Shown here: in pieces, positions 35,545 to 49,731 of the stretch | How positions within the stretch are numbered: the first letter of the stretch is position 1 | Layout of the letters: every line of letters begins with the position of its first letter | NCBI GenBank assembly: GCA_016748015.1 | Contig: JAAOMT010000436.1 | Coordinates: 1,126,033 to 1,190,032, forward strand | Direction of reading: 5' to 3' | Source: Geosiphon pyriformis uo1 | Taxonomy: Eukaryota > Fungi > Glomeromycota | DNA length: 64,000 nt | Made by a program: the position numbers and the translations under genes | Notes under the pieces: generated by a model | What the model saw: the letters and a program-made list of their open reading frames with translations, nothing else | The model's database searches: none | Told to the model about the DNA's origin: nothing

Positions 35545-37860
35545 TTATTAAGATTTAATAAGTATAGCCCAACTACTATCTAGAAATTAGGAACAAATTA
35601 AGTATTTTAATGTTAAATATAGTTTACATATTTTTTACATATAACCAGTTACTCAAACTAGTTTAGATTATACTATATTAATACTTTAAAAGAAAACTTA
35701 TCTAAAAAAAACATTTTTTAAACAACTTTAAACAATATAATATTATTACTAACTAATCCAACCAATCATTCAGCTGTTTTTAAAGCATTAGTTTTTATGA
35801 TAACAAATTTATGTTTTCAAAGTAACATTAAATTAGAAAACATATTATTATTAACAAAAGACAAACTTACATAAAGGCCAGACATATTAATGTTCTTATA
35901 GTCATACTTAGTTTTCAAAGAAATTATTTTTTGTTCCAGCTTACCAATAGTCTTGCTAAAAATACCTTTATATATTAAAACTTTATTAACTTTAAGACCA
36001 AAAACATTACTTAAAATCAAATTTTTATTAACAAATTGTTTAAACACTTTGATTATAAAACCAACAGGCTTAACAATAGAATTAACCAAAACTAAAAGCT
36101 TAGCCAATTCAGATTCTAAAAAGATCAATTGAAAAGAAATCACAGAATTATCAGTTATCATATTAGTAGAGAAAATTAAATCAACAGAAAGACAAAAATC
36201 CAAAGAAGACACAAAAGCAGCAGCTCTAACATAAAACTTGTTGCCAATAACATAAAAAACAAAAGTCTTAGAAACTTTAAGAAGAAAAGATAGAGACATT
36301 TTATAATTCAAAGCCAAATAATTCAAACTCTAATACCAAAAACAATGCTAATTTTCAAGAGTTTCTTACCAAATACAGTATTTTCTTAGCATATCAGTTT
36401 TAATAACTATAACATTCAAATCAATTTAAGATTTAAATATAATTAAAGCAAACCAGAAACAATAACCAGAATTAGAAAAGCAAGAAATAAAACATGTTTA
36501 ACTACTAACTTAAGAGATTATATTACTGATTTTAAAGACAATACAGTCAGAAGAAAGATTGACCAACTTGGTCTTAAACCAATCATAAAACAGAATAGTT
36601 TTATTTTGATTTATTAAAAAAAAAATTTTAATACTATTTTTACCTATTAAAACTAACCAATAATTCAAAGCAGATACAACAAAGTCTAGTTTTTTAAAAT
36701 AAATAACCACATATTATCAAATGCTAACAGATTTTAACACAATTGAAGTGACTTTACTAAACACACTAAAAGCTGTTTTGATATTAGTAACAAATACACT
36801 CAAAAGCACATCATGTAATATAACAATAGCAGAAAAAAAATCAGATTCAGAAACCACCAAAAACTTGGCAATTTTAAGAGTAGTTAAACAAACAAAACTT
36901 GTAAATTCAACCAAAAAAGCAGTTTTTAAAAATCTTTGAGAAGCAAACTCCATACAAAAAAACTTTATATTGTTTTTTAACACTGATTTTACATATAAAA
37001 AACCATATACAGATTGAAAAACAGTCCTAATATAAGCCAATTTAATCTTAAAAGTAGTATTAAACACCAGAATAGAAATCATCTACTTAGTAAACTTTTG
37101 ATGACTAATAATAGTTTTCTAAGCACTATCAGTAGCAGCATTAGAAACCAATAAAAGAAATAATTTAGTTTTTATCTGGTCAGTCTAGTTTTTAAGAACA
37201 GATGACTTTACAGAAGATAATTGGTTTACTTTTAAAATCAACAAAAATCTGTTAAAAAACACTATATTTAACAATACAATCAATAATTGATTTTGGTCCA
37301 TCTTGAATAATATGTCAAATAATACAACAAAAATTTCATCTAAGGTCTCATTAGGAATCACAAAAAAGTTTGATATAACAATAGCAGAAACAAGCAATTT
37401 TTTGTCTTTTTGACTATTTTGTTTGAAGAAGTAATACTAATAGTATCAGGTATAGAAGCTATAATAAAGAAGACCAACTTGTTAATTGATCTAATATTAA
37501 AAACTTTTGGGCTTTTAAAAAAAATAAAGACAATATTAGAACTAATCTAAATATGTCTTTTTAAAAGAACTTTAATAGATAAAAAGCCAGCCAAAAATAA
37601 AAAAAATGCTTTAGTGGTCACTAAAAATAGCTTTTTACTATTAATATTTAAGAAAAATATAGCTAAGACATTATGTTTAACTGTTTTAATAACAGAGAGA
37701 CTCTCTTATATTGAAACTTTATTAGTTACTATTGAAAAAGTAATAAATATAGCTTTTCTATTCTTTGTTTTAATTATGATCATAAAATTAAAGAAACAAA
37801 AAGTTATTTCAATATTTTTTTTATTTATATTATAACATTAAAAAAAAAGTCTTTAATATA
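35545..37860 (-). mobile_element. ORF1-only non-autonomous non-LTR element (HAL1-like) carrying the LINE 3' UTR
   Basis: One ~700-codon decayed ORF (ATG 37783 to TAG 35673) with RRM-like segments homologous to LINE ORF1 and a decayed CCHC; stop followed directly by a 3' UTR alignable to the LINE 3' UTR; no ORF2 sequence. Confidence 0.75.
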
Positions 37861-37899
37861 ATATTAATATTATTACACAAATAAAATTAAAAAATTTAT

Positions 37900-38480
37900 A
37901 AGAAACTAATTATAATTAAAATAGAATATTAATATTTAATATATTAAAAAAACTATTTTGTAACAACAAAAATTATTTATTTATAAGTTTTTTAATAATA
38001 TATATAGTTATTTTACTATAAAAATCAATTTTTGTATAAGAAGTTTTAATTATAAACTATTTAATAATATAAAAAAATTTAAATAAATAAAAAAAATAAA
38101 AAATAAATAAAATATATTCAAAAAAGTTGTTTTTAATTCAAATTTAAAAATACTAATATTATTAAAATTAATAGTTAATTAAAATAAAAAATAAAAAATA
38201 CATTTTTTTAAAAAAAAAAGTTCTTCTTTTATACAATTTATTATAGTATTATTTTATGATTTAACACTTTTTTTTCTAATATTTTAACAAATTAAAGATG
38301 TATTTTGTTAAATTATAAGTTATTTTTATAAATTATTAATTATTTTAGTAAATTATTAAATATTTTATCAAATTTTAATTATTTTAAATATTATATAATT
38401 CAGAATATTACATAATCTAATTATTATAATTTATTTATATTTGTGTTTTATATAAATTAAGTTATTAATTAAATAATAAT
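37900..38480 (+). repeat. Copy of the AT-rich dispersed repeat
   Basis: Collinear with 33880-35150 (minus the LINE insert) and with 49744-50290. Confidence 0.68.
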
Positions 38481-38974
38481 ATAAATATTGTTAATATTGT
38501 TTTTATAAAGTTTTAAATTTGTAAATTATAATTTAATATTAATTTTTTGTTTTTAATAAGTTAACTATAATTTATAATTAATATTAATATAATTATTATT
38601 AAAATTAATATTATATTTTATTTAAAAATACATATTGTTTTAGTTGTTGTTTTTTTTAATAATTAATTTGTAGTTTAATTATTAATTAAATATTTTTTGT
38701 TTTTTTAATTATGAATTTGCTAAATTGTTTTAATTTGGTATTTAAATTAAATAATTTATTTATTATTAAATTATATATAATTGGTTTTTTGTTTAGTTAA
38801 TCTAAAATTTCTGGTTAATATAATAATTTTTAAAATTTTTTTTTTTTTTTATTAACATTTAACGATCGAAGTCCAAACACTGCCTAGTGCAATACATCAT
38901 ACAAATGATCTAAACTAGGTGTGAATCATGTATTATCTACATGTGACCAGCCACTCAGACTAATTAGGACAACA

Positions 38975-41900
38975 CTAAGCACCTATATGAACAGAGACCT
39001 CACCCCCTATGCCTGAAAAAAACAAACAAGACTTACGGAACCCAAAACCAACACCAATTGCCTCAGCAATACCCAGCAACTGGGTCATGCCAGATGACAG
39101 CCTTAAAGAAAGCCCAGAAATCAGGACAGGAGTAGATCTATCGCATGGAATAAGCCCATTTTTTTCCATAAATGTACAGTGCTTGGTGCAAACCAACCAA
39201 ATGTCTTTCCAGAAAGCCAAGCTGAATTTACGCACAAAGGTCACAATGTTCTGACTTGCTATCCTGGAATCCTTGAAGACAGAAACAGACTCACAAAACC
39301 AATCCTTGAAAACAAAATCTTTGTACAGAGCAGTACTAACCAAAACATTAAACACACAAGTGGACAGCAGCTGTAAGACACCTAAAGAAAAATGAGCCAG
39401 ACCAGAGTGCACACTCCAAACTGCTGCATAAGCATCCAACAACTAAGCACGACCATTGACATCAAATAAACAAGAAAAAGCATGGTCTGAAATCTCGACA
39501 TTACTGCAGAACAAACACACCACACTAGGGTAGCGCTTATCATAAAACTGCTTATGCATGGCAACAGGGAGCCAATGGTGCAATGCCTTCATAAAATAAG
39601 TCCAGAGACCAGCAGTCCACTTGCTAATAAAGCCAGCAGCCATGTGAGAATCCGGATGTCAAACCAGCGACAACCTAAACCAATCAATATCTGTACGCAG
39701 ACTATCTGTCACCACCCCAATGCCACAACTGACTTCCCAATGTGCACAATGAACAGACTGAAAAACATCCTGAACAAAATGCCTAGAATTACCAGAAATG
39801 GCTGCACCACCACCCCTTAGATAGCGTTTGTTAACAGAATGGGGCAGATGCCAACCAGAGAGAGCTGCAGTTCTGGCCAACTTATCAGCCTGTTCATTGC
39901 CTGAAACCCCTAAGTGTCCTTTGACTTTACACCAATTAACTCTTAAATTCTTATGATGAATGACATTTACAATATGATGGCATTCAATCCAACACCAATT
40001 CCTAAAATCCGGGCAAACCAATTCCATCTCCAACTTACAAGCATCCAAAGCAGCCTGACTGTCCAAGAACAAGTTGACCGAGTGAGAAGAAGAGACGCAC
40101 TCGAGTGCCAGAGCAATGGCCTTCAGTTCCGTCAAGGTAGAAGACATCAAACCAGATACCCCTACACCCAAACCCATACCAATGTCCTCAAAGAAAACAG
40201 CAGCTCCAGCTTTTATATCAACAGTCCCTAAATCACTTAGAGATCCATCTGTATAAATGGAAAGATGACCAACATCGGAATCGAACAAACTGGCACCAAT
40301 GACGCCAAACTCACGAGACTAATGAACATCTGAAAAGTTGCAACCAGCCAAAAGTGTGGAACAGACAGAAGGAAAAAACACACCTTCAAGAAAACGAATG
40401 GACAGCTCAAACCAGGCAGGAACCGGACCACGTGGATCCAACCACTTTCACTATTTGAAGGTCTTCTATTTGAAAACAGCCCTATTTTGGTTCTGTAGCT
40501 GATCCATGAAAGCAATTCTATAATGCCAAAGTGAAGAGACACTCTTGACATAACATGATTCACCAAGAACAAAGGACATAGGGGTTTCATCCTGCCGATG
40601 AAAAGCACTAACCAGAGAGCCATCTAACGACAAATCACACCCAGAGAAAATACGCATCACACCTGCCAGAAAATTATTTAGAGGATTGATCTTGACATGA
40701 ACTGGACACTGCAGAGAATGTAGCAGACGCCAGCAGAAAACCTGCAGATCATGTGACTGGTGAGAAAATAGACACCCCAAAATTCCAACAGAGTTTGCAA
40801 AAGAAATGACTGAAGCCAATTTACTCTCAGTCTGAACCTGCTCAAAAGTCTTCAAACCATACAGAGAGGGATGATGAATCGCATCATTGGGGAAATCACG
40901 TGGCAAACCAGACTTAGATCTTAAGCCCTTACAAATCAAAGTGTCCCATTTCCTACAAACACTAATAGGAATGTAACTGAACTGTGTTTTATATCCAACA
41001 ATAGGAAAGAGGACTGCTGCAACCAAATATGAAAACTGCTTATCAGACACTGCCTTTTTTAGGACCAAATTAGAAAAAAACTGGACATCAAAATGTGCCT
41101 TAGCCAAGCTAGGCTTCGAAAGACCCTCAGTTAACAAATAGATCCCCAAATAGTGATGCAATTCCTTCTTCTTGGCAACAGAAATAGGTGACCCACTGAT
41201 CAACAAAGAGGAAGCCATACTATCACAATTGATAAGAATGGCAACAGTCTTATCATTATTAATCGAGATGTCATTGATATTGAAAAATTCACTAGCAACA
41301 TTGAGAATATGCTGTGTAGTACTTCGATTGCTGCCAACCCATATAGTATTATCAACAAAAGCACCCGCTGTGAAAAATGAAGATACACCAGCTCGAGACT
41401 CAGTACAATCACATCTGGAAATAAAATAAGAATTCAATCTGTAACCACACCCATCTGCCTGCCTTTTAACTTCACACAAAAGAGGATCATAAAATATGCA
41501 CCAAAGGAGTGGTGAGAACACCTCCCCTTGGTCCAAGCCATCATGTACTTCGTACCCATCTGTCAAACCAAAATTTGTTATAACTCTGTTAATATGACCA
41601 CTGTGAATGCCGCCAAAAAACCTAATGAACCTGCTGCATATTTTTATCCTAACCAAACTGTCCTGAAGGTGTTCCCACCCAACAGAATCATAAGCTTTTT
41701 GTATGTTCTACAAGACCAACCAGAACTCATGATTTTTCTCCAAAGCATCCTCAATAACTGACCCAATGGCAAAAATGGGAGACTGTATCATTGTGTCCTT
41801 TAAAACCAAAAAATTGTTCCCATGCAGAACATTAAAAGTACTACAAACCAACAAGATTCTATCTGAAAGAATCTTGGAAAGAATCTTGTGGACAGTCTCA

Positions 41901-43663
41901 ATCAAGGCAATAGGTCGGGTGTTTATAAGAACCTCTTTCCACTCATATGGCTTAGGAATCATTGAGACCCAAGCTTCCTTCCAAGCACTAGGCACTAACT
42001 CACAAATCAAGCAAGAATTTAAAAGCACCAAAAGCATATCCAAAATTGATTTGTCACAGTGTTTCCAGAGCTTGTTCGAAATCTCAGAGAGACCAGCAGC
42101 CTTGCCTTCAGACAGACCAGAAACCACACTGAACAACTTATTGAAACCAATAGAACACATTACACCAGAAAATACACCATCGAAAACATACTCCAAAGGC
42201 TTGTATTGGTGAGACCAATTATCAGAGATATTAGACACCACCTTGCGCTTCCTGGTCCAGCCTTCCATGATCCCATTCACCCTAGTCTTGACTAAGCTGG
42301 GCTCCAAAATCAATTCATCACCTACAACCAGATAATCCAAAACCACTTTGCGAAAAGGACACTCCAAAACACTTCTGATAGTGTGACCTTTGTCTGATTC
42401 AAAACTTTCCATCTTCCTATCAATAACTGTCCTGATACAGGATTTCTCAGCACGTCTGGATTTCAGCAACTTAGCAGAGCAGTAAGACTTCTTTACCTTA
42501 ACCAAAGTCAAGTGAATCATGTTAAAATTGGAACCTGAAAGAAACAAAGACTTTACCACCGAAGCACCATTGATGTCGGGCCTCTCCCATGTATTTAACA
42601 ACGACGCAAATTCTACATTAGACAACAAATAAAACACCTTAACCAGCTTGGACACCAGCAGCTCAAGCTTGTGAAACTTAGAAGAACCCTTGGTAAAAAC
42701 CTCATCATAACTCTTAAACCATTTTTTCTTGAATGTCCCAACCACTGATAGAGTCATTATTTTGTACACAATGTCCTACATAGCATCTAAATCTGAAAAT
42801 TTCACAGAGGCAGTAAAATCACTCGAGCACATTAGGCCATTGGCCAATGTAGCATCCTTAAAATTGTTTCACCCTTTCTTGTCAGCATCTCCAAAATCGA
42901 ATTTCCAACGATTTTTATTAGCCTGCTTATGCATCGAATTCAGCTGAGAGTCAAGCAAGCCACCCAAACCCACAAAAATGGAAACAGTCTTATGATCAGT
43001 ATCAAAAAAATCCTCAACACCCACCACACTATGATCCATGATTGCATTAACTAAACTAGAGGAAACCAACACATAATCAATCGTCTTGGCAATGCCACAA
43101 GAATTGCACCATGTTGGTGACTTCACAAAAGCACTTCTACTTAGAGAGTTGACCAGACCCAAATCAAAACACTTCTTAAAACTGGCACATTTATGAGACC
43201 CATCTTCATTGAAATCACTACCAAGAATGATAAAAGAAGTCTCATTCACAGCTTTGGCAACAAGAAAATTGATATTACTAGCCTGAGAAAACCAAACCAC
43301 TGAAAATGCATCAGCATACAACCCTAGAATAGACACAGAAAGTTTATTCCCAAAGAGCAGTCTTAATGACAACAGCTGACCAGGTACCTCCGAAATCTTG
43401 CACACATATTTTGCTAAAGAAGAGTCCATAATTATTGCAACACCAGATCCCATGTGACCAGAATCCAGACCAGAAATAAAAACACGAACACCATTGAACT
43501 TATCGGCAATCCACGGACAAACCATGTCTCTTAACTTTGTCTCAGTAACAATGGAGACCAGATTGTTTATATCCTTATGCCAATGTATAATGTCTGCCTG
43601 CTTCACACAATTGTTCATACCTTTGACATTACACATGGCAATTTTCCAAATTAAGTGAGTTAT
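38975..43663 (-). pseudogene. LINE ORF2 (AP endonuclease, RT, RNase H, CCHC) with in-frame stops
   Basis: All ORF-track fragments share one frame; CNVKGMN, TETKL, GSDFN, TDHK; TRPIALIE, GLDQGEVFSPLLW, AFVDN; IYTDGS, TELKAI, DSQAA, GNEQAD; CLFC…DHAFSC; start ATG decayed to ATA. Confidence 0.93.
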
Positions 43664-45603
43664 TGAGAAGACAGGGAAACTGACAAATCCAAACCAGAGC
43701 ACAGAATATTTAACTTATCCAAAACTGAACCAACTGAGGCCTCCAAAGCAATCAATTTTGTTTCCAAACCACCCACTTTGGCAGTAAGAACTTTGGAACT
43801 ACTAGAGCTGAGCTCAACAACAGCATTATAAATGACAGATGGAGGAGTACTAGATGAGACCAAAGCAGTATTCATAATCATATCAGAATTCACATCAGAA
43901 GTCAAAGTCTCAGAAACAGCAGGAAGAAGGCTCAGAGATGGGGTCACCGTAGGAACCAAATCAATGGATTTCAGTCGAACCAAAATGCCAGAAACATGGT
44001 CAGTCAAAAGCTCTAAAGAGCACTCCAAAATTGCCAACTGGTCATTCAAATGAGAAATGGTAGAAGAGTCAGTCGTCATTGAAGAAGAAACCAAACCAGA
44101 ATGCAAACTAGCACCAACCAAACCAGAGGGAATCACACGAGAAGGAGAGCCACCAACAACTTGGGCCCATGTTTTACCATCAAATGAGACTGGACAAGCA
44201 ATAGGAGCTGATTTTTTCTTATATATCCCAGCTAGATGAATCCGATCTTGATCAGAAACCACTCTCTTCTCACAAATACCAGAATTCTCACCCAAGAAAC
44301 AGTTGACCATAACATAACCAAATTGTTTACAATGAATGCAACTGGCCAAAGAAAGACCAGCCCAATGCAAACTCACACTCTTGAAAACTGGAACAGTACT
44401 AATAGCAGCCAACTTGGACACCTCATCACCAAAACAAATTACAGCACATCTATCACAAACATATGAATTAGGATTACAGCCAATGAAACAAGTCTTCCCA
44501 CTATATGATTCCATCAAACTGGAAAGGTCATGGGCATTGGTGCCAACTGGAAGAGTATAAAGCAAAGCCCAATGCTAATCTCTTGATACTCACGTTTGTT
44601 TATCACTGACTGCCAAAGCCACATGCACCAAATTTTTTCTCATGAGGACTGACCATTTGGAAGCAACCAAACTAGCTACTTCAGATAACTCAAATTCAAT
44701 CAGAGCCTTTTGCCAGAAACCAATCAGCTGTATTTTGATTGAAACAATCTTGCCAAATTTGGAAAAGACTGACTCTACTGCCAATCTGAGAAAATCCACT
44801 GGGATCTCCTTGACTATCACTTTCCGATCTGAACAGACACCCATTTTTCTCAGATTATTATTGACTAAAATTTTCTCACCAATTGTCATTTTCCTAGCCT
44901 TATTCAAACTAATTTCAGATGTAAAAGAAGATCTGATAATTCCTGGGAATTTTGAGGAAGTTGAGACTCCCCCAAATCCATCAACTCAATAAAAAATTTT
45001 TTTAATTGCCATCAACTTATCAACATTTGTCTTCCCAGGTACTGCCAAAACCTTAATATCCAATGTGAAAGATTTTACTGGCTCAAAATTCCTTTTTTCT
45101 GGGGCATGTGACCTGATATACAGCACCTGATTGGCACCATTGACTATAAGGGAAGGAAGCTTCAGCGCATTGTTGTCGTCACTCATATGGTCGAAAAAAG
45201 GTTGCTTTGATAAGTTGCCCAACATGTACGTTTGAGTACGAGTCTTCCTCAGCATATTTTTGTCCATGCCATCATCCTCACCTGATTCCGCATAGCTGGT
45301 TTCTTCGGCCACCATGTTTGCCATATTTTCGACATCTGAGAGACCACTGACACTACTAGCAACACTGTCAACCTCACTGCCCCAGAACACCACAGGCTTG
45401 GCACCAGCACCACCAATATCCTCCAGGCTCAGCAATCCAGCAGACGAGTCAACCACATTATCAGTAGCAGACTTCTTTGGCTTCTTGTAGGATGCACTCC
45501 GAGAGTATACCGTATCTACGCACTTCTTCTTTGCACTCTGGCAGGTCCCCAAACCAGCCAAAACTGAGCCAGAACCACCAGCAAAAGAACTTACTGGTTC
45601 CAT
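43660..45603 (-). pseudogene. LINE ORF1 (RRM-like + CCHC + coiled coil) with in-frame stops
   Basis: MEPVSSFAGG start; VIVKEIPVD…FGKIVSIKIQLIGFWQKALIEF; CIHCKQFGYVMVNC knuckle. Confidence 0.9.
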
Positions 45604-46818
45604 TGTAACAAATAGAGGTATAGTAAAAGAAATGACTTGATGAATGAAGGGTAAAAGAATAAAATAAAACAATTTCTTCCAAAAATTCTCTTGCTCTCGC
45701 AGCGGCCAGAAGATCGATGATAATAATTGTTTTTTTAGTTAAATTTGTATATTATTTTTTTTTTTTGTAATTTTTTTAACTTAATAATTAGTATATAAAT
45801 TATTATTATTATTATTATTAAAAAATAAAAATACAAAAACATTAAAAAATATTTTATAATTTATAATTTATTAATTCTTAGTTATTTTATTTATTACTTA
45901 ATTATTTAATTATCTAATTTTTAATTTAGTTATTTAATTATTTTTGAAACAATTATTATTAATTAATAATGTTAAATAAAATTAGCATTAATCTACAAAA
46001 AGTAAACAAATTATATGTAAAATTGTAAATTTTAAATACAAAAGCAATTTTAAGTAATTTAAACTAAAATTTAAAAAATTTAAGCAATTTAGGCTAAAAG
46101 TTTATGTATTTTAGATAAATTTCAAGTAAATCAAACAAAATTCAACAAGTTCGAATTAAAATTAACCAAAATTCTTCAAAATAATAAATAATTCATTAAA
46201 ATTTATATTTATTTACAAAAATTAGTAAATATTTTAATAAGAACAAAAAATATAAAAACATAAAATAATATAAAAAAATTTATATAAAAAAAAAGCTTTT
46301 TTCTTTTAAAAAATATATTTTACAATAGATATTTAACAAAATAATATTTTTATACTTAAAATAAAATATAATTTTTTAGTTTTCTAATTATAACAATAAA
46401 ATAATTAATATTAAAAATTATTTTTTTCTTTTCTTAAAATTTATTATAACTTTTAAATTTGATAAAATTTGAAAATTTGAAATTAATAAACAATTAAAAT
46501 TAATCTCTAATAAAATTTTAAATTTTAAAAACTTTGTTTTAAAATTAGCTATTTTATATAATTTTTTGCTATATTAAAATATTAAATATTATAGTTTTGA
46601 TTATTTTTATAATGTTATTAATACTTAATTTTGCTATTAATAAAAGCTATTAAATTTAATAACCTATTTATTTTCAAAGTATTTTTTTATATTTTAAACT
46701 AAATATATTATTAAATATATGATAAAATAATTAATTATGTATTAATTATTTAATATAATTATTTTATAGTAAAATTTAATTTTTTATAGAATTTTTAATT
46801 GTACATTTTTTAATAATA

Positions 46819-48923
46819 TTTTTTTTTTCTGCTTTTATTGAGTGAAGCCCAACTGCTATCTAATACATAGAACCAAACTAAGTGACCTAAACTAAATACA
46901 ATTTACGCACTTACTACATATGGCTAGCCATTCAGGCCAATTAAAACAACACTACACACCTATATTAACACTAACAACACCACCTAGACCAGAAAAAAAC
47001 AGCACGGCAAATGACAACCAAAGCTAACAGTGAATAATTCAACCACACCAAGCATTCTAACTATTCCACCTGACAATATAGAAGAAACATCATGAGACAG
47101 ACCAGAAACAATTCGACCATCAGCAACCAAACCAGCCTTCTCCATCTACATTCTGTGCTCAGATCTTACCAATCATGCCTTTATACAATGTAAATTAGCT
47201 ACAAACCTAACAAAACTAACAACCTTACCAATGGTCTGCTTCTTATCCTCAAATACACCCCAAGCTTCCTCACATCATTCATCCAGCACGAAGCCCTTAC
47301 ACACAATAGAATACAAACCTACATCTAGAGAACAGGCAGATAATATCCATAAAACAGCTGAAGATGATGAGTCACAAACATCCGCCACCAAAACCCAACA
47401 AGCAGAAGTCTTAACCAGAACCTCATCACAAATAACAACATTCCAAAAGCATGTAAAGGCATGATCAGAAAATTCCACTCCACCACACAGCAGGCACAAT
47501 ATGCCAGGATAACCCTTATCATAGAGTCTTTTCCGAACAGCTACTGAAAAGCGCCTGTGCACAGCTTTCATCAAATATGAGCACAAATTCGAAGTTTTCT
47601 GACTAGTGAACCCAGTAAGCATATGAAAGTTTGGATGCCAAACTTTCATAGTAAAAATCCAGTTTATAAACCCAACAAGGTCAACAGGTATTACATCCAC
47701 ACCAGGCCCAGCCTTCCAGTGAGCACAATTAATAGATCAAAAAATATCTCTTACAAAGTGGTGAGCATTGCTAGAGATTGCTGTGTTTTTAGCCACCAAA
47801 TAATGTTCATAAACCCCAGCCAACAAAGAGAAGAGAGATCGAGCAATATCCCCAGCCACCAAATCAGCCTTGACATTACCCGAAATGCCAAAATGGTCCT
47901 TAACCTTAACCCAGACCATCTCGAGATCTTTTTCCTTAACCAAATTAAAAATATGACATCTCTCCAACCAGCACTGATTATGAAAATCAGGCACAGCACA
48001 AGACAACTCCAACAAGCAGACATCAATAGCAGCTTGACTATCAGTATGCAAAATCACTCGACAAGAAAAAGATACACACTCAAGAGTCAACACAACAGCC
48101 TGCAACTCAGCCAGAGTAGAAAACAGTAGACTACCAACCACAACATCAACACTTCTATTCAAAACCAGAAAATACGCAGCAGCACCACAAACAGTATCAA
48201 TTGAGCCAGCATTTCTCAAAGATCTATTAGTATACACCTTAAAGCAACTAGACCAGATATCATGCAACTCATCTTTTACCAGAAAAAACACTTCAGAATT
48301 TAAAACACTTGTATTAACAGACTAAGCAAAACCAGCAAAACTGGAAACAGAAAAGCCCTGAACTAACATAAACTCAGACACGACTGAGAACCAGTAAGGC
48401 ACAGAGCCCCGTGGGTCCAACTTCTTCCAACAATGAAAAGTCTTTCAATCTAGCACACAGCTTCTCTTATCCAAAATCCAATTACCAAAAGCAACTTCAA
48501 AATGCTTCAAAGAGTAAACAGAATTAAAATACTCAGAACTACCTAGAATTGATGAAAGTGGAAAATGACCTGAATTGTGAAAGACATTGGGAAGATTGTT
48601 AGCCAAAGAAAGCTCATTACTCAAAAAAATCTTCACAATCCTAGCCAAAAAGTTGTTAACTGGACTAACACACAACTTGACAGGAAACTGCAAAAGATCC
48701 AGAGGAGCCCAGCCAAGAATCTGCAAGTCTAAAAACCTATGATTGAACAAATGCCCAAGGACCCCAGAGGCATTAGAAAAAAACACCAAAGCAGCAATCT
48801 TCTCTTTAGATTACACTTGTTCAAAAGTCTTCAAGCCATACAAAAAAGAGTAATATAAGGTAGCATCCAGAAAATTATGAGACAAATCAGCTTTGGACTT
48901 AAGACTCTTTCTAACCATAACAT
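46819..48923 (-). mobile_element. 5'-truncated LINE (post-RT region, RNase H, CCHC, 3' UTR, poly-A)
   Basis: VYTNRSL…STLAELQAV…TDSQAA…GNVKAD; CLLCGGVEFSDHAFTC; T-run at 46819; TSD TTAATAATAT at 46810-46819 and 49735-49744; the empty site rebuilds a copy of the AT-rich repeat. Confidence 0.88.
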
Positions 48924-49731
48924 TGTTACGGAATGGTTTTCTTGTTATATTTAATTACTGATATCCCGCTTTAATTGCAATCAGTCTTTTGTGAGTTCCT
49001 CAATTCTATTTGTGTGATAATGTCACTGTTACACTGAAGGCTTTCTTTTTACTGTTGCGATGTAAGTTATTCTTTAATTCTTGATTGTTGTATGTGTTTA
49101 TGTACTCCTTCTCAGAAGCTGAACTGAAATCTACCCACTGTCTGGGGTCTTCTCTGAGGCTATCCTTGCAATTGCCTGATGTGTTTCTCTAATCTAGAAA
49201 CACAGAATGTTAATGGTCTTTAGCGCTTTTCTAATTCTCACAATAAAGCTTTTATCAATTAGTAACAACGTGAATAATCTTGATCAAGGATTATNNNNNN
49301 NNNNNNNNNNNNNNTGATAGTTCAGTTTTAAATATTCTTTTTCATTTCTTTTTGATTTTAAAGGTTTCTTGGGATATTTAATTTGAAAGTATGATTTAAA
49401 GTGGAGTTTGTTGGATAAAATTGGATCTATTGCTTGATAAGTTATGATTTTTATTACTTGATTGATTCTTTCCCAATATTAAAACTACTGTATATATACA
49501 TGTTTGTAGTTCTACAAGAAAATACTTTCTTTTTGATATTTCAACCTGGTGCTTGCTGCTATCACCAGTTGGTGTTGACTGCTATTGTGAACTGGTACTT
49601 GCCACTATTGCGAGATGGTGTTTGCTACTATGTTAATCATTACCTTTCTAAGATTATTACTGTGCTATATTATGATTGAATAGTTTGTATTATTTTTATG
49701 ATTCTTTTTGCTAAATTCTTAAACCGTAACA
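48924..49731 (-). repeat. Solo LTR (family A-related) with perfect 4-bp TSD ACAT; contains an assembly gap
   Basis: Terminal inverted repeats TGTTACGG…CCGTAACA; ACAT at 48920-48923 and 49732-49735; similar to 4519-5332; N-run near 49295-49315. Confidence 0.9.

Larger units (their letters stand above)
38837..45720 (-). mobile_element. Full-length LINE (ORF1 + APE-RT-RNaseH-CCHC ORF2), inactivated by point mutations
   Basis: GC-richer 5' end ~45720; two ORFs with no frameshift; poly(A) tail (T-run 38837-38850); candidate TSD TAATAATT at 38821 and 45721. Confidence 0.95.

Noticed and set aside
35817-37397. Hydrophobic membrane-protein ORFs
   Set aside because: F/L/I/N/K richness is a product of C>T/G>A decay of an ORF1-like gene
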